This document shows positions 51,823 to 64,000 of a stretch of DNA of 64,000 bases, piece after piece (positions within the stretch are counted from its first letter, which is position 1; every line of letters begins with the position of its first letter). Source of the stretch: Octopus sinensis (Eukaryota); NCBI RefSeq assembly GCF_006345805.1, contig NC_042997.1:100440001-100504000 (forward strand). Direction: 5' to 3'. The notes below the pieces were generated by a model, which worked only from the letters and a program-made list of their open reading frames with translations, was not told the origin of the DNA and made no database searches. The position numbers were made by a program, and so were the translations under genes.

Positions 51823-52604
51823 ATGGAGAGTTGACCAGTTACAGCAGGCAGTTATGCTGCAGTAAATGGGAAAAGTCTGACTATGGATATTTTACAAGAA
51901 AGAGAGATACAACAGGATGAGACGAATTTAAGGAAATTCAACAAACTGATAGTGAAGGAAGGAGCCAGCCCGAGGCTGACCCCAACCAAGGGAATAATTG
52001 AGAATACAGAGAAAAGGACAGTAATCTATAGAACGCTGTCTATAGCTACCAAAAGGGCTGAAATAGCAATAGCGGAGGCAGTGGAGGATTGTTTAAAAGA
52101 AATTAAAAGCCTCACAATGTTTTATACTAGAGGCAAGAAATATGGCACAGTGGAGGTTTGCTTCACGAACAAACAAGAAGCAATAAAGCACTCCACTGTG
52201 CCGTTGAGGTCATCTGAGTGGGTACTACTGCCAACCTACTGTGGCAAGCATGTGGCCAGAGTTAGGATTGGCAGAGTGCACCTGGAGATTGAAGAGGCGT
52301 GGCTGGTGGCAGCCATACTCTACAACACAGAAAAGGAGACAAAAATTCTCAAAATAACAAGAACAACAGAGGTAAACTGATGGGGATATGGCCTTGAGGT
52401 GACGGTCCAAATCAGTTTACCAGACCTTCACAAAATTGCAGAGGAAGTAGTGTTACCAGACAAGATGAAGCTAAGAGCGATAGTGGAGGGAAGACCTCCC
52501 ATATGCTTTCAGTGTGGAGTACAGGGACACATGAAAGCTAAGTGTCCCCAGAAACAAGAAGAGGAGAGACAGGAAAGGATGAAGGATGTGAGAGAAAGGA
52601 AGAA

Positions 52605-52607
<3 letters not shown>
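51823..52607 (+). mobile_element. LINE ORF1 (gag-like, CCHC zinc knuckle) pseudogene
   Basis: One frame with two TGA stops (51832, 52378); GRPPICFQCGVQGHMKAKC knuckle. It ends abruptly in (TA)n. Confidence 0.8.
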
Positions 52608-53006
<399 letters not shown>

Positions 53007-53262
53007 ATAAGTTTAACAATTAAGGATAATCTCTTAATAAGGGATCTTAACAAGAAATTATCGGGTAGCTAGCGTGAAAACCTCATAAAAGAAAAGAATC
53101 CGAAAATAATTTTTTTCTTTTGAACAAATTAATTATATCTATATTGTATAGAGGGCATTATTACACATAAATGCCTCACACTAGGAGGGACAAAGTCATT
53201 ACTACCAAAAATTATACTAATCATACCCAAATGCAGTTTTTCAAAGCAAGACATTTAAAAAT

Positions 53263-53331
53263 GAATTATGTTCTGTATCACCGTGATTTCACATACAACT
53301 TGCGTCTAATGATCGTCAGCAGAACTGATTC
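53263..53331 (-). ncRNA. Type I hammerhead ribozyme motif, copy 1
   Basis: Minus strand: GAAU-CA-GUUCUG | CUGACGA | U-CAU-UA-GAC-GCAA-GUU-GU-AUG-U | GAA | AUCA-CGG-UGAU | A / CAGAAC-AUA-AUUC. The core boxes, a 6-bp stem I with an extension, a GNRA-capped stem II and a 4-bp stem III are present. The 10.1-11.1 pair is U.U, which is non-canonical. Confidence 0.75.
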
Positions 53332-53741
53332 TGAATACATCATAAATAAACTACCAACCTTACGTAGCGGAGACGAACAGACAACTGCTCACTCCGGCCA
53401 AGCACATGGAATGTTTATAAATCATATATCCGGTAAATGGCGGGCTTTTTACGAACTGCATGTCGGGTAATGAAAAGTATTTCGGAATAAGTTTAACAAT
53501 TAAGGATAATCTCTTAATAAGGGATCTTAACAAGAAATTATCGGGTAGCTAGCGTGAAAACCTCATAAAAGAAAAGAATCCGAAAATAATTTTTTTCTTT
53601 TGAACAAATTAATTATATCTATATTGTATAGAGGGCATTATTACACATAAATGCCTCACACTAGGAGGGACAAAGTCATTACTACAAAAATTATACTAAT
53701 CATACCCAAATGCAGTTTTTCAAAGCAAGACATTTAAAAAT

Positions 53742-53810
53742 GAATTATGTTCTGTATCACCGTGATTTCACATACAACTTGCGTCTAATGATCGTCAGCA
53801 GAACTGATTC
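53742..53810 (-). ncRNA. Type I hammerhead ribozyme motif, copy 2
   Basis: Same sequence as copy 1, offset by 479 bp in the second repeat unit. Confidence 0.75.
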
Positions 53811-53968
53811 TGAATACATCATAAATAAACTACCAACCTTACGTAGCTTGGGTATGATTAGTATAATTTTTGGTAGTAATGACTTTGTCCCTCCTAGTGT
53901 GAGGCATTTATGTGTAATAATGCCCTCTATACAATATAAACATATATATATATATATATATATATATA

Positions 53969-54350
53969 CTCTTAACTCTTTTACTTGTTTCAGTCATTTG
54001 ACTGCAGCCATGCTGGAGCACCACCTTTAGTCGAGCAAATCGACCCCAGGACTTATTCTTTGTAAGCCTAGTACTTATTCTATCAGTCTCTTTTGCCGAA
54101 CTGCTAAGTTACGGGGATGTAAACACACCACCATCAGTTGTCAAGCGATGTTGGGGGGGACAAACACATACACGCACACACATATATATATCTATATATA
54201 TATATATATATATATAAACATACATACATATATACAACAGGCTTCTTTCAGTTTCCGTCTACCAAATCCACTCACAAGGCTTTGCTCGGCCTGAGGCTAT
54301 AGGAGAAGAAACTTGCCCAAGGTGCCATGCAGTGGGAATGAACCTGGAAC
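53969..54350 (-). mobile_element. tRNA-derived SINE, main family, 5' end replaced
   Basis: Same tail and body; abuts the (TA)n tract to the right of the hammerhead element. Confidence 0.8.
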
Positions 54351-55033
54351 CGTGTATGGTGTGTCTGTATTATGATAATGATCATTCCTTCCTGGAGGTG
54401 AGGGCTTCCATCGTCTACAGAACCTAAGAGCAATATTGTAGAGAGCCCGCAGCTGTGTGGTTCAGAAGTTTGCTTCCCAAACACATGGTTCCATGTTCAG
54501 TCCCACTGTGTGGTACCTTAGGCAAGTGTCTTCTACTGTGAGTAGATTTGGTAGATGGAAGCTAAAAGCAGCCCATTGGATATATGTATATATATACATA
54601 TATATATATGTGTGTGCGTGTGTCTGTGAGTATAAGTACACTTGTGTCTCCTTGTCTTGGCACAGTGTGGTAGTTGTAAATGAATGTCACTGTCATGCAA
54701 GCAGTGTTGTTCATTCTAATATTCTGCAAAAACATGTCTGACTACGAGGAAATATTTACCTTGCTTGGAAACAGGTATGGACTGGCAACAGGACAAGCAT
54801 CTGGCCATAGAAAATCTGCCTCAATAAACTCCATTCAACCCATACAAGCATAGAAAAATAAACTTTAAAACAATGATAATGATATTTATAAATATGTGTA
54901 TACATGTATGGATTTGGATGTTGTGCAGTGCACTGATATATGTGTGTAAGTGCATGCATATGCAACATTACTCATACATTATATACACACATGATATATG
55001 ATAGCAGTTAATCTGTCTGACTTGAGTTGAGTC

Positions 55034-55194
55034 CAGTGATGGAAATGGGTTTTAAGAGCTGGGGATAGGTTAAGGTCTGTTAGGGTGAGGTTGGTAAGGT
55101 GGAAGAACGGGTACTGTAAACTGAATGGGTACCATCACCTCCAGCTGAAAAGTACAGAACATTGTCCTCCTACATACACTTATTGCCATCACTG
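55034..55194. mobile_element. hAT-like MITE, old
   Basis: CAGTGATGGAAAT...ATTGCCATCACTG termini (12/13 match); no TSD recognised. Confidence 0.45.
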
Positions 55195-56698
55195 AGTTTC
55201 ACCAACTTACAAATGAAAATAAAAACAATAGCTTTCAAAATCTCTAAATGTCACTTGAAGACATGATTATGAAGAAACCTTACCCATACATGGGCACAGA
55301 CGTGGCTGTGTGGGAAGAAGCTTGTTTCCCAACCACATAGTTCTGGGTTCAATTTCACTGCATGGCACCTTGGGCAAATGTTTTCTACTATATCCTCAGG
55401 CTGACCAAAATCCTGTGAGTGGATTTCGTAGACAGAAACTGAAAGAAGCCTGTCATATATAAATATATCTATGTTTGTGTGCCTTTGTGTCTGTCCCCAA
55501 CCACCACCTGACAACTGGTGATGTTGTGTTTACACCAATAGAATAAGTACCAGGCTTAATAAAAAGTGCTGGAGTCGATTCATTTGACTAAAAAATTCTT
55601 GAAGGTGGTGCTCAAGCATGGCCACAGTCTAACAAACAAAACCGGTAAAAAATACATAGAAAGAATGAAGAAATAACAACCATTTCAGCTGAAATACATA
55701 GATAATAGAATCAAACAAACACAAAGTTATTTACAACTCAAATCTTCAACTTTATCACCTTAGTAATAATTCCTTACATATCTTCCTTAGTGTAAAAAAA
55801 AATAAAACCAAAAGTCAAAAATCCTTCTTACAACCAAAGACTACTACTATTTACCTTTTTTACCATTCACTAGATTTTACAATGCCACCGGGGTCATTTT
55901 AAGAATTTTATACGAGAAATTTTATTGTATTCATTTCATCTGTAAAAGTTTTCTACAGAATGTTTTATACTTTTCTGCACATCGATATATTCCAATATGC
56001 AGAATCTATTAATTCCTGCCAAGTTGTTATTTAGAATTACACGGTAATCCCGACTGAATGTATAGAGAAGCAGGCTTTAAACCTTTAGCATTCACATTAT
56101 TCGGTCAAAAGTAATGCTTATTAATTCATATTATTTTTAATTATTTACGAATTATTTTGTAGCTCTGAGATTTTGATGAGGTAGCTGGTAATTTTTTAAA
56201 TGATATTGTAGGGTTAGTGTGAGAGGCCATATCTGGACAGTTCAAACATAAAACAGGTAGAGTATTTTGGCCAGATATGACTGGTTTAAAATGCTAAAGG
56301 ATTAAATATTACACTTGCTTGAGAATCAGGAATGAAAAACTCCAAGCAATAACTCACATATACTTGGCTTTGAATAAATGTTATCCTATGGTGCCTAACA
56401 GTATTGTGTACTTTCTTTTACACAAAAATGAATTTCACATTTAGTGTGTGTGAGAGAGAGAGAGAAATGCAATTTACTAATCTCAAGATATTGCATGAAT
56501 ATGAAAAGCTCTCCTAAAAACTGTTTCAACATAATTTCCAATATACTAAACTTGTTTTTAGATTAATTCTATAAATATACTAAAAGCCTTATTAGCAGTG
56601 CAGCAGAAAGAAGTTTTTTTGAATACATTTTCATATTTTGGTGATAATAGAATAAATATTTAATATATTAACTCATTCATCATAGAAAACCATTTGTG

Positions 56699-56863
56699 TC
56701 AAGATACATATTTGATTATTTTAGGGTTTTGACTTTTGATACATTCTGGTCCATAGATACTTTTTGTTCTTTTAAGAAAAGATTTCACCATTTGCTTGAC
56801 CACTTCATCAAAAAACAATGTTGACAGTTGAGAGTGTAATGCTGATCGGAATTCAAAAGCCAC
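56699..56863 (-). CDS. COQ10: COQ10 terminal exon
   Basis: ttctgtag|GTG GCT TTT GAA TTC CGA...TCT TGA. Confidence 0.9.
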   Translation of the reverse strand: MAFEFRSALHSQLSTLFFDEVVKQMVKSFLKRTKSIYGPECIKSQNPKIIKYVS

Positions 56864-59800
56864 CTACAGAAAGCAGAAAGAAATTAACATAGAAGTTAGC
56901 TTCATTTAAAAATTGAAAAAAATATTTGGAACAAATTTAAATTGCTAATTAGATACTATTTTAAATCTGTATATGTATAAGGATCAGTATGAAAAGTATA
57001 CTAATATGAAAAGAAGCTGATAAAAATATTGAAGAGTAATGCTAGTTATTACAAAATTAAAGATGTATATTATCTGTGTGACTGAAATTTTACAAAATAT
57101 GTTCATAAAAGCATAAATCTGTTTGAATACTAACTGCAAAGTCAAGTACACAAGTGTTTTCATTATTTGGTAAACCGGGCCTAAATCGCCATGTTGTTTC
57201 CAATAAATTAAATAGCTTGCCGTTTGTGCATTCAGACTGAAATAATAAATGTGAAATTTATTCATTCTTGCAAATTGAAGCATTTTATTAAAGATATAAA
57301 ACTGTATATTTATAATAAAATAATAATGAAATTATTGTATACAGTGCTCAGGTGCACCACAACTTGTCAGAAAGTGCATATAAAGTACATGCAGTAATGT
57401 AGAAATGTCTGGAAAGCGAACAATGTATGAGTCAGATACATGCTTGTGTGTGTATGGAGGGGAGAAAATTATCTTAAATTGAACTTAAGCTCTAATTTAG
57501 TTTAGAGGTACAGTAAATATTACAGATTAAAAATTAAATAATCATAGATGGAGTTTAAAAATATCAACAGAAAGCATATCAACAGTAAGCATATCTAATC
57601 TTTTGACTTCAAGAAGATATTTGATAGAAGCAGACATGCCAAAGTAAGGGAGATAATTAAGAAGTTAGATTTAAATAATTGGTTCATTAGAATTGTTGAA
57701 TCAGGAATAGTAACACAATCAGATATTTAAATTTTGGATGGTTGTTTTCAAAGTCCTAATCTTAGTAATTGACTTTCTACTTACGTTTTTAAAGAGTTAA
57801 CACTTGAATTAAGGATTATATCAAGAACTGTCCCAATCTTAGTAATTGACTTTCTACTTAGGTTTTTAAAGAGCTAACACTTGAATTAAGGATTATATCA
57901 AGAACTCAATATACACAGTCAAGGAATTTCAGAAGCTTAAAATTCACAATGGTTATGTTATAAGCTTTTATGTCATATTTGAATGAGTTCTACAGCAAAT
58001 ATGATTTTGCAAAAATATTTCCATTTTCTCTGTATTTTGTGCTTTCATATCTTAAACTAATTTCAATTGGTTTTGCATTCTCACTCTGAGAATGGAGAAA
58101 GCGAATTAGATGAGGTTTTGAGAATATATCACAAAGGTAGAAGTATATCAAAGCAAATGAAATTTAGAGAAAAAGTAGAAGGTACACATCTCTTTAAGTA
58201 TAAAATATGTAAACCCATTTTCAGGTGAGAAAATTATTAATGAGTTTTAAATTTTTATTGAAATTTTAATTTAAGTAAATACATTTTATAAAATGTGAAA
58301 AACCTTTTAATAAGCAAAACTATTTTCTGTAAAACAAATATAACATTAAAATTATTGAATATAAACATACCTTCACTAAATGTGGCTTAGCTAAAGTCAC
58401 TACAGATGTGTACTGCTCTATAAGTGGAGGAAAACCAATCTGTAATTTTGCTTTAAAGTGGTTTGGCAGCCTATGAAATATAACAGCCTTTGTACACCAA
58501 GGAACAAACTCAGGATACCTTTCGACATCTGCTACAACTGTGTATATTTGTTCCATTGAATAGCTGTAAAAGAAACCAAGAAGCTATGACTTTCTGCATC
58601 AGTTTTCCTGTTGGGCAGCAGAAGTATTGAAATGTTACACTAAATGCTTTATAGTATTTAGTTCTGATCTTCTGCATTCTGAGTCTAATAACTATCAGGG
58701 TTAACTTTGCCTTTCATTCTTTGGGGTTTGACAAGGTGAGTTCCAATGTGCCAATGTTAAAAATCAATATAAATAATACTAATACTATTCTAGTAATTAT
58801 TCTATTGGCCTATTACTGCTGAAAGAAGTAAAGCAATAGAGCTAGCTGAGTTACTGGAAGGACGCTATGAATGCAATTTCAAAAATATATTTTTTTAGAT
58901 TCCATACTAAATCTGTTGCTTACAGCATTCCTGTACATGGAATGCATAACTCTCACAGTCCATTTACTTCATTTACACCTAGTTTCCCTATCATCCAACA
59001 TATTACAAAGTAAGAGGCTATCAAAAGCTATCTTAGAGGGACAAATGCAGTGTTAAGCTGTTGTTCCAACCCTTAGAGAAAAACACAAACAATATCTTAT
59101 CCACATTAATCCTATCCCAAACTAATTTTACTAAAATCTTCTCACAACTTCAATTTTCTGCTTTCAAAAATGCACCTCAGCAATGTCTCTCCTTTGTCCT
59201 TGTAGCCATTGATGATACAGCTATGCCAGTCTTTAGGGGATAGAACATTCCTGTACTACTTGATTTAACTAAATAACTAACTAGCCTTAAGCCTTCAGCA
59301 TCTCAGCAACTATTCTTGTTGGAGTTGTTGCTACACTGCCTTCATTTCTTTAATCACTTTATTAACCCCAAAATGACAGTTTCACTGGTAGGGAATGGAA
59401 ACTATAACTTCTACTCAGAATCTTAAATATCTATAAGGCTTTTATCTATGATAGAAGTAACCTTTTCTTTCAGATGAACTAAATTTTACCTTTCAAAGAA
59501 GATAAAATTTATTTCATCTTTTCATAGCATTTTAAATAATGAACTACAGGAGATGAAATCTGAAGGTAAATGTTAATTCTATCATAAGAAACAATGATTT
59601 TATTAGTTACAAGAAAAGAATTTGTTAGAACATGTACACCTCTGTAGATCTGTATGTGCTAACAGCATTAATTTCAAAATAAGTTGGGTAAACTTTTATC
59701 AGTCATTCGTCTACAGTATATGCTCTGAGGATATCAAATGTTTTCATGAAACTGAATTAAAATAACTCTCACAGTCCATTTACTTCATTTACACCTAGTT

Positions 59801-60130
59801 TCCCTATCATCCAACATATTACAAAGTAAGAGGCTATCAAAAGCTATCTTAGAGGGACAAATGCAGTGTTAAGCTGTTGTTCCAACACTTAGAGAAAAAC
59901 ACAAACAATATCTTATCCACATTAATCCTATCCCAAACTAATTTTATGCTTTCCATCTCATTTGTGATATTCACATCAAAATTGTAAAAATTATCCAACA
60001 AAAAATTTCCTAGATTCTAATTTAAAATAAACATATTACTTGCCCAAGAAGTCTTCGTTCAGAATATTCCTTTCGCCTATTGTTGAAATTTGGCAATGTA
60101 AACAGTTCTCTTTTTTCTTGTCTCCATGGC
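56699..60130 (-). CDS. COQ10: Coenzyme Q-binding protein COQ10 homolog (START-like fold), last four exons; N-terminal exon(s) not located
   Basis: Exons about 60130-60044, 58563-58371, 57236-57135 and 56863-56699 (stop). Translation: [35 protein letters not shown]...[46 protein letters not shown]...[32 protein letters not shown], typical of COQ10. Confidence 0.92.
57135..57236 (-). CDS. COQ10: COQ10 exon
   Basis: tatttcag|TCT GAA TGC...TTT GCA|gttagt; [34 protein letters not shown]. Confidence 0.9.
57752..57906. repeat. About 77-bp tandem duplication in a COQ10 intron
   Basis: gtcctaatcttagtaattgactttctac...tatcaagaact occurs twice with about 3 substitutions. Confidence 0.85.
58371..58563 (-). 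CDS. COQ10: COQ10 exon
   Basis: ttttacag|C TAT TCA ATG...GTG AAG|gtatgt. Confidence 0.93.
58946..59946. repeat. 185-bp direct repeat pair, 816 bp apart
   Basis: 58946-59130 versus 59762-59946; one mismatch seen. Confidence 0.9.
60044..60130 (-). CDS. COQ10: COQ10 exon ending in a GC donor
   Basis: ttaaacttag|G CCA TGG...CTT CTT GG|gcaagt. An alternative in-frame acceptor at 60147 is possible. Confidence 0.8.
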
Positions 60131-60784
60131 CTAAGTTTAAATAAAATCTTGAAACATTATAAATTACATTATGTCTTTATACTGAAACTGAGAAGTAGAA
60201 ACAAACATAAAACAAATGATTAGATTATATCTGTTGTAATTGGTAAATTCTATGTAGTATTGTCTGGGATGTTTAATAGCTAAAGAGGAAATAGCTGATG
60301 ATATTTGACTGACAATTACAAGAGAGACTATAGACTATTTAGAAAACATGCTGAATTTTAGAAAAGCTTAGAAAATGAATGGAGATTGACACCTCAATAA
60401 TGTTATTCAAATTATGAGTGGTTGCTGTTGAAATATATTCTTAAGACATGAAATGCAAATACTAAAAAAAAAAAAAAACAGTACAAAGTGTTATGTTTCA
60501 TGTTATTATATTAATTCTTAAATTGGTCTGAGCTCACACTCCAGTTTAGAAGAAAAAAAATGTGTTAATTATACTTCTTTTACCTGTGTAAAATTTGTCC
60601 ATTGCGAAAAACTTTTAGACAGGATTGTCTCATATATCTAGACAAATGATGTGTCCGGACCATTAACTCCATATTTGTGTCATATTGGTCAATCGCTATC
60701 ACAGATACTTATATATTATGACATGGCTAAAAAAAAAAACAGAAACAATAGTTAAAAAAATCTTGAAAAACATTACTATTAATA

Positions 60785-61530
60785 TAAGGTCATCCCGTAA
60801 ATAATGTCTGAAATATCTTATATGTAATTTCTATCAAATTTTACAGTATTTTAAAGTGTCAAATGGTATTGATTGATACTCATATGAATTTGGAAACCTT
60901 TAACTTAATATAATTTCTTTTTGCAGAATAATCTGACTGAATTAATTACTAATATTAACCCCTCAAAGATGGACATATCAAAGGAGCATTTAAGGCACAT
61001 AATGCTTTTATGAGTTTAAAAAGGGAAACAGTGCAGTAGAACCAACCTGAAATATTCATTCTGTTTGTTGGGAAGAGTGCTTGAATGAAAGAAGTTGCAG
61101 AAGATGGTTTGAAAAGTTCAAAAATGGTAATAGAAAACCCTGTTGAATTTGATGATGAGCTTCTTTTGTCAGAGTTTGAGAAATATTATGCTGCGTTAGT
61201 TGAAGAATTGGAGAGTAAGCTCAGTTCAAGTCATTCAACTGTTCACCACCATCTTCATCAGCTTGGAAAGGTGCCCAAACCTGGAAAATGGATTCCCCAT
61301 AATTTGACAGTAGCTAACTGAAAATCACTAGTGAACATCTGCTCATCTCTTCACTCTTGTGAACATATCTCACCATTTTTGGACAGATTAGTGACAAGTG
61401 GTGAAAAATGGATTTTTTATGAAAATGTTAAGTGGTACAGGTAACAGCTTAGTAGTGGAGAACGAGCTAAACCACAACCCCAAAAGGACCTTCATGCAAA
61501 AAAAGTTCTTCTTCCTGTTTGGTGGGATTG
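60785..61530 (+). mobile_element. Mariner transposon remnant (left end plus degenerate transposase N-terminus)
   Basis: ATG at 60969: MDISKEHLRHIML..KKGNSAVE...RRWFEKFKNG; later HQLGKVPKPGKWIPHNL and IVTSGEKWIFYE. Frameshifts present; DDD region incomplete. Confidence 0.8.
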
Positions 61531-62125
61531 TATTGGAGTCACTGCGTTCTTTTTTTAAATTCCTCCTGGTTTGTTACTTATGTAGGCAACTGGAAATAAA
61601 ATTATTGCTATGTTAAGTGTTTTAAGTGGTTGGAACTTTGAGGAACTCCTACTTTTACTAATGAGAAATTCCCTCTCTCTCTCTGTATGTCACATAAAAT
61701 GTGTGTTAAGAGTATGATTCAGTTCAGTTATAGAAAAGATTCACAGCAGCTCGACAAAATTGATACATTTCAATTAGATGTACTTTAAACATTACATTTG
61801 AAATAGAAGCAGTTTATTTGTTACTATTGACTGTGTTGATATACATTGCAGCTTAATTGATTTCCCATTCCTTAAGCAGTTAAAAAACATCTCTCTTCCT
61901 GGACAGGGGTCAGTATATATTTTAACCCTTTAGCATTCATATTACTTTGTCAAATATAATGTTATGTTATTCACATTGTTTTGAATTAATTATGCATTAT
62001 CTCATAGTTTTGATATTTCACTGATGTAATTGTTTATTTTTAGAATGATATTGTTGGGTAGATGTGAGAGGTCAGATCTGGTTAGCTTAAACATAAAACA
62101 GATAGAATATTTAGGAAGGATATCA

Positions 62126-62360
62126 CCTGGATCGACCAGGCTGTCTGGTGCTGAGTCGGCTCCACTGGCCACAGCATTTGCTCCAATCCCCTTGTGCTCT
62201 TGCCATTCTCCTCCATGTTGCCCAAACATTTTTCTTAAATCGTCTTCCCACCTGACTGGAGGTCTTCTGAGTGGTCTCTTCCACTCGCATGGGTACCAAT
62301 CGACAACTGCATGGGTCCACCAATTGTTTGCAAACTTTGCAACATGACATGCCTATCATA
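62126..62360 (-). mobile_element. RTE-type ORF 3' fragment nested in a TTAA MITE
   Basis: Minus strand EWKRPLRRPPVRWEDDLRKMFG; it replaces the internal part of the MITE at 61926-62391. Confidence 0.6.
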
Positions 62361-63311
62361 GCTGGATATGGCTGGTTTAAATGCTAAAGGGTTACGGTGT
62401 ATTTTTAATAAGTCGATTTAAATTAGCATTAAATGCTAAAAACATTTGTTGAGAACACAATGCTCCTATTGCTTGAAGTATTGATTATACCTAACATAGC
62501 ACAGTAAAAATCATAGGACACAAAACATACACACTTTGGAAAGTAGGTCTCTGCTCTAACAACTTGACTAGCTATTGTTCTGAGAAATACTAAATATGAT
62601 TATGGTGTAGAATTAGCTGTAGAAATATCATAATTTGGGATGGTAGTTCAGTTTAATAGCTAGAAACCTCTATCTGCATCTGAATGTGCTGGCTTGGGTT
62701 TTTTATTTTATTTCAGTGGAAAAAAAAGAAGGTATTAACTAACAAACCAGGAATTTTTTAATAAATAACACAGTGGTCTATAATCTATATATGCAAAATC
62801 TCCTCTCTTCACAATATCAATGTACAAGTGAAAGGCCTCCAGTTTCAGGTCAATACAATTTGCCACTAGTGTTGTCTGCAGAATAGAAAAGGCCGAAACA
62901 ACAGATACTGCAAAACATCTCATCCAACATTTTAACAGTTCAGTTTATGCACTGTCTTGGATTGATACATTTTATTGACCCCAAAAGGATGAAAGACAAA
63001 GTTGACCTCACCAGGATATGAACCCAAAGCACAGAGAGCCAAAGCAAATATCTTTTCTTCTATTGATACAGGGCCTGAAATTTTAGTGGGGGTGGCTAAT
63101 CAACTACAACAATCTCAGTGTTCATCTGATACATATCTTATCAACCTGGAAAGGATGAAAGACAAAGATGATCTTGGTAGAATTTGAACTCAGAACATAA
63201 AGCTAGCAAAATTCTGCATAGTATTTTGTCCTGATTGCAATTTTGTTTACCTTTAAAAAATATAACTTTTTTTTCCTCTGTTGATTAAACTTTTTTGTTT
63301 CTTATATTTAA

Positions 63312-64000
63312 CATCGATGTGGTGTGCAAGAGAGACGACTGCGCTGGTATGGTCATGTGTTGCATATGGATGAGGATAGCTGTATGTAAAAGTGTCACAC
63401 CCTAGCAGTAGAGGGAACCTGTGGAAGAGGTAAACCCAGGAAGACCTGGGATGAGGTGGTGAAGCATGATCATCGAATGTTGGGCCTCATGGAGTGACTG
63501 AGACCTTTGGAGATACGCTATGCTTGAGAAGACCTAGCAAGCCAAGCGAGACTATAACTGTGGCCCATGCTAGTGCAGCATAACTGGCCCATTTAAGAGT
63601 ACCCTTCAACCATTGGGCAATAAACTGTGTTTGCGAAGACCTGTTGAGTCAAGTGAAGTCATTGTTATAGCTGATGCCAATACAGCCTGACTGGCATGTA
63701 AAAAGTACCATTCGAGCGTGGTCGATGCCAGTGCCACCTGACTGTCCTGTGCTGGTGACACATAAAAAACCCCATTCGAGCATGGCAATTGCCAGAGCGG
63801 CCTGAGTGTCTCCCGTGCTGGTGGCATGTAAAAAGTACCATTCGAGTGTGGGTCATTGCCAGTGCCTCCTGAGTGGCTCCCATGTCGGTGGCACGTAAAA
63901 AGCAGCATTTAAGCATGGTCGATGCCAGTACTGTCTCAGTGGCTCTTGTGCTGGTGGCACGTAAAAAACACCCACTACACTCTTGGAGTGGTTGGTATTA
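63312..64000 (+). mobile_element. RTE LINE: end of ORF plus 3' UTR with internal tandem repeats; runs off the right edge
   Basis: VQERRLRWYGHV...GRGKPRKTWDEVVKHD..LGL, then GGTGGCACGTAAAAAGCACC-type repeats. Confidence 0.85.

Larger units (their letters stand above)
53007..53938 (-). mobile_element. Non-autonomous hammerhead-bearing tandem element (retrozyme-like / Penelope pLTR-like) with 5' inversion
   Basis: 53007-53368 is repeated at 53487-53847 (period 480, one 1-bp indel seen). 53848-53938 is the reverse complement of 53620-53709. (TA)n lies on both sides and there is no credible ORF. Confidence 0.7.

Noticed and set aside
53171-54030. Plus-strand ORFs MQFFKARHLKMN... (99 and 106 aa)
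   Set aside because: They are antisense to the hammerhead unit, duplicated with the repeat, and show no recognisable homology.
62826-62905. GGCCU...AGGCC-GAAAC as a hammerhead
   Set aside because: The upstream core reads GUGAAA rather than CUGANGA, and there is no stem III or stem I.
62735-62923. ORF as the first coding exon of COQ10
   Set aside because: Phase-compatible donors exist (62743 or 62747), but the peptide is not recognisably COQ10 or a targeting peptide. Left unresolved.

Overview
AT-rich, intron-rich animal genomic DNA. The SINE, RTE and MITE repertoire is most consistent with an octopod cephalopod; this is inferred from recalled repeat families, not from a search. Three spliced genes were rebuilt by hand from splice sites and reading phase. 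(1) Calpain-7, minus strand: 9 coding exons from 16875 to 801, running off the left edge, with tandem MIT domains and the catalytic SDCSFVASL motif. (2) A complete 9-exon, 400-aa LanC-like gene, plus strand, 27403-42546. (3) The last four exons of a COQ10-family gene, minus strand, 60130-56699, including a GC-AG intron. The rest is mostly mobile DNA: tRNA-derived SINEs, RTE LINE 3' ends, Tx1/L1-like and R4-like fragments, a dead mariner, TTAA-flanked and 8-bp-TSD MITEs, and non-autonomous Helitrons whose ends can be checked against empty sites inside the window. The most notable item is an ORF-less 480-bp tandem element at 53007-53938. It carries two type I hammerhead ribozyme motifs on the minus strand that would release a 479-nt monomer, like a retrozyme or Penelope pLTR. 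It has a 5' inverted tail and sits inside a (TA)n tract. A second, unrelated minimal hammerhead-like motif lies at 26464-26590. Ribozyme activity, expression and novelty relative to databases are untested. Most ORFs in the supplied track are by-products of repeats.
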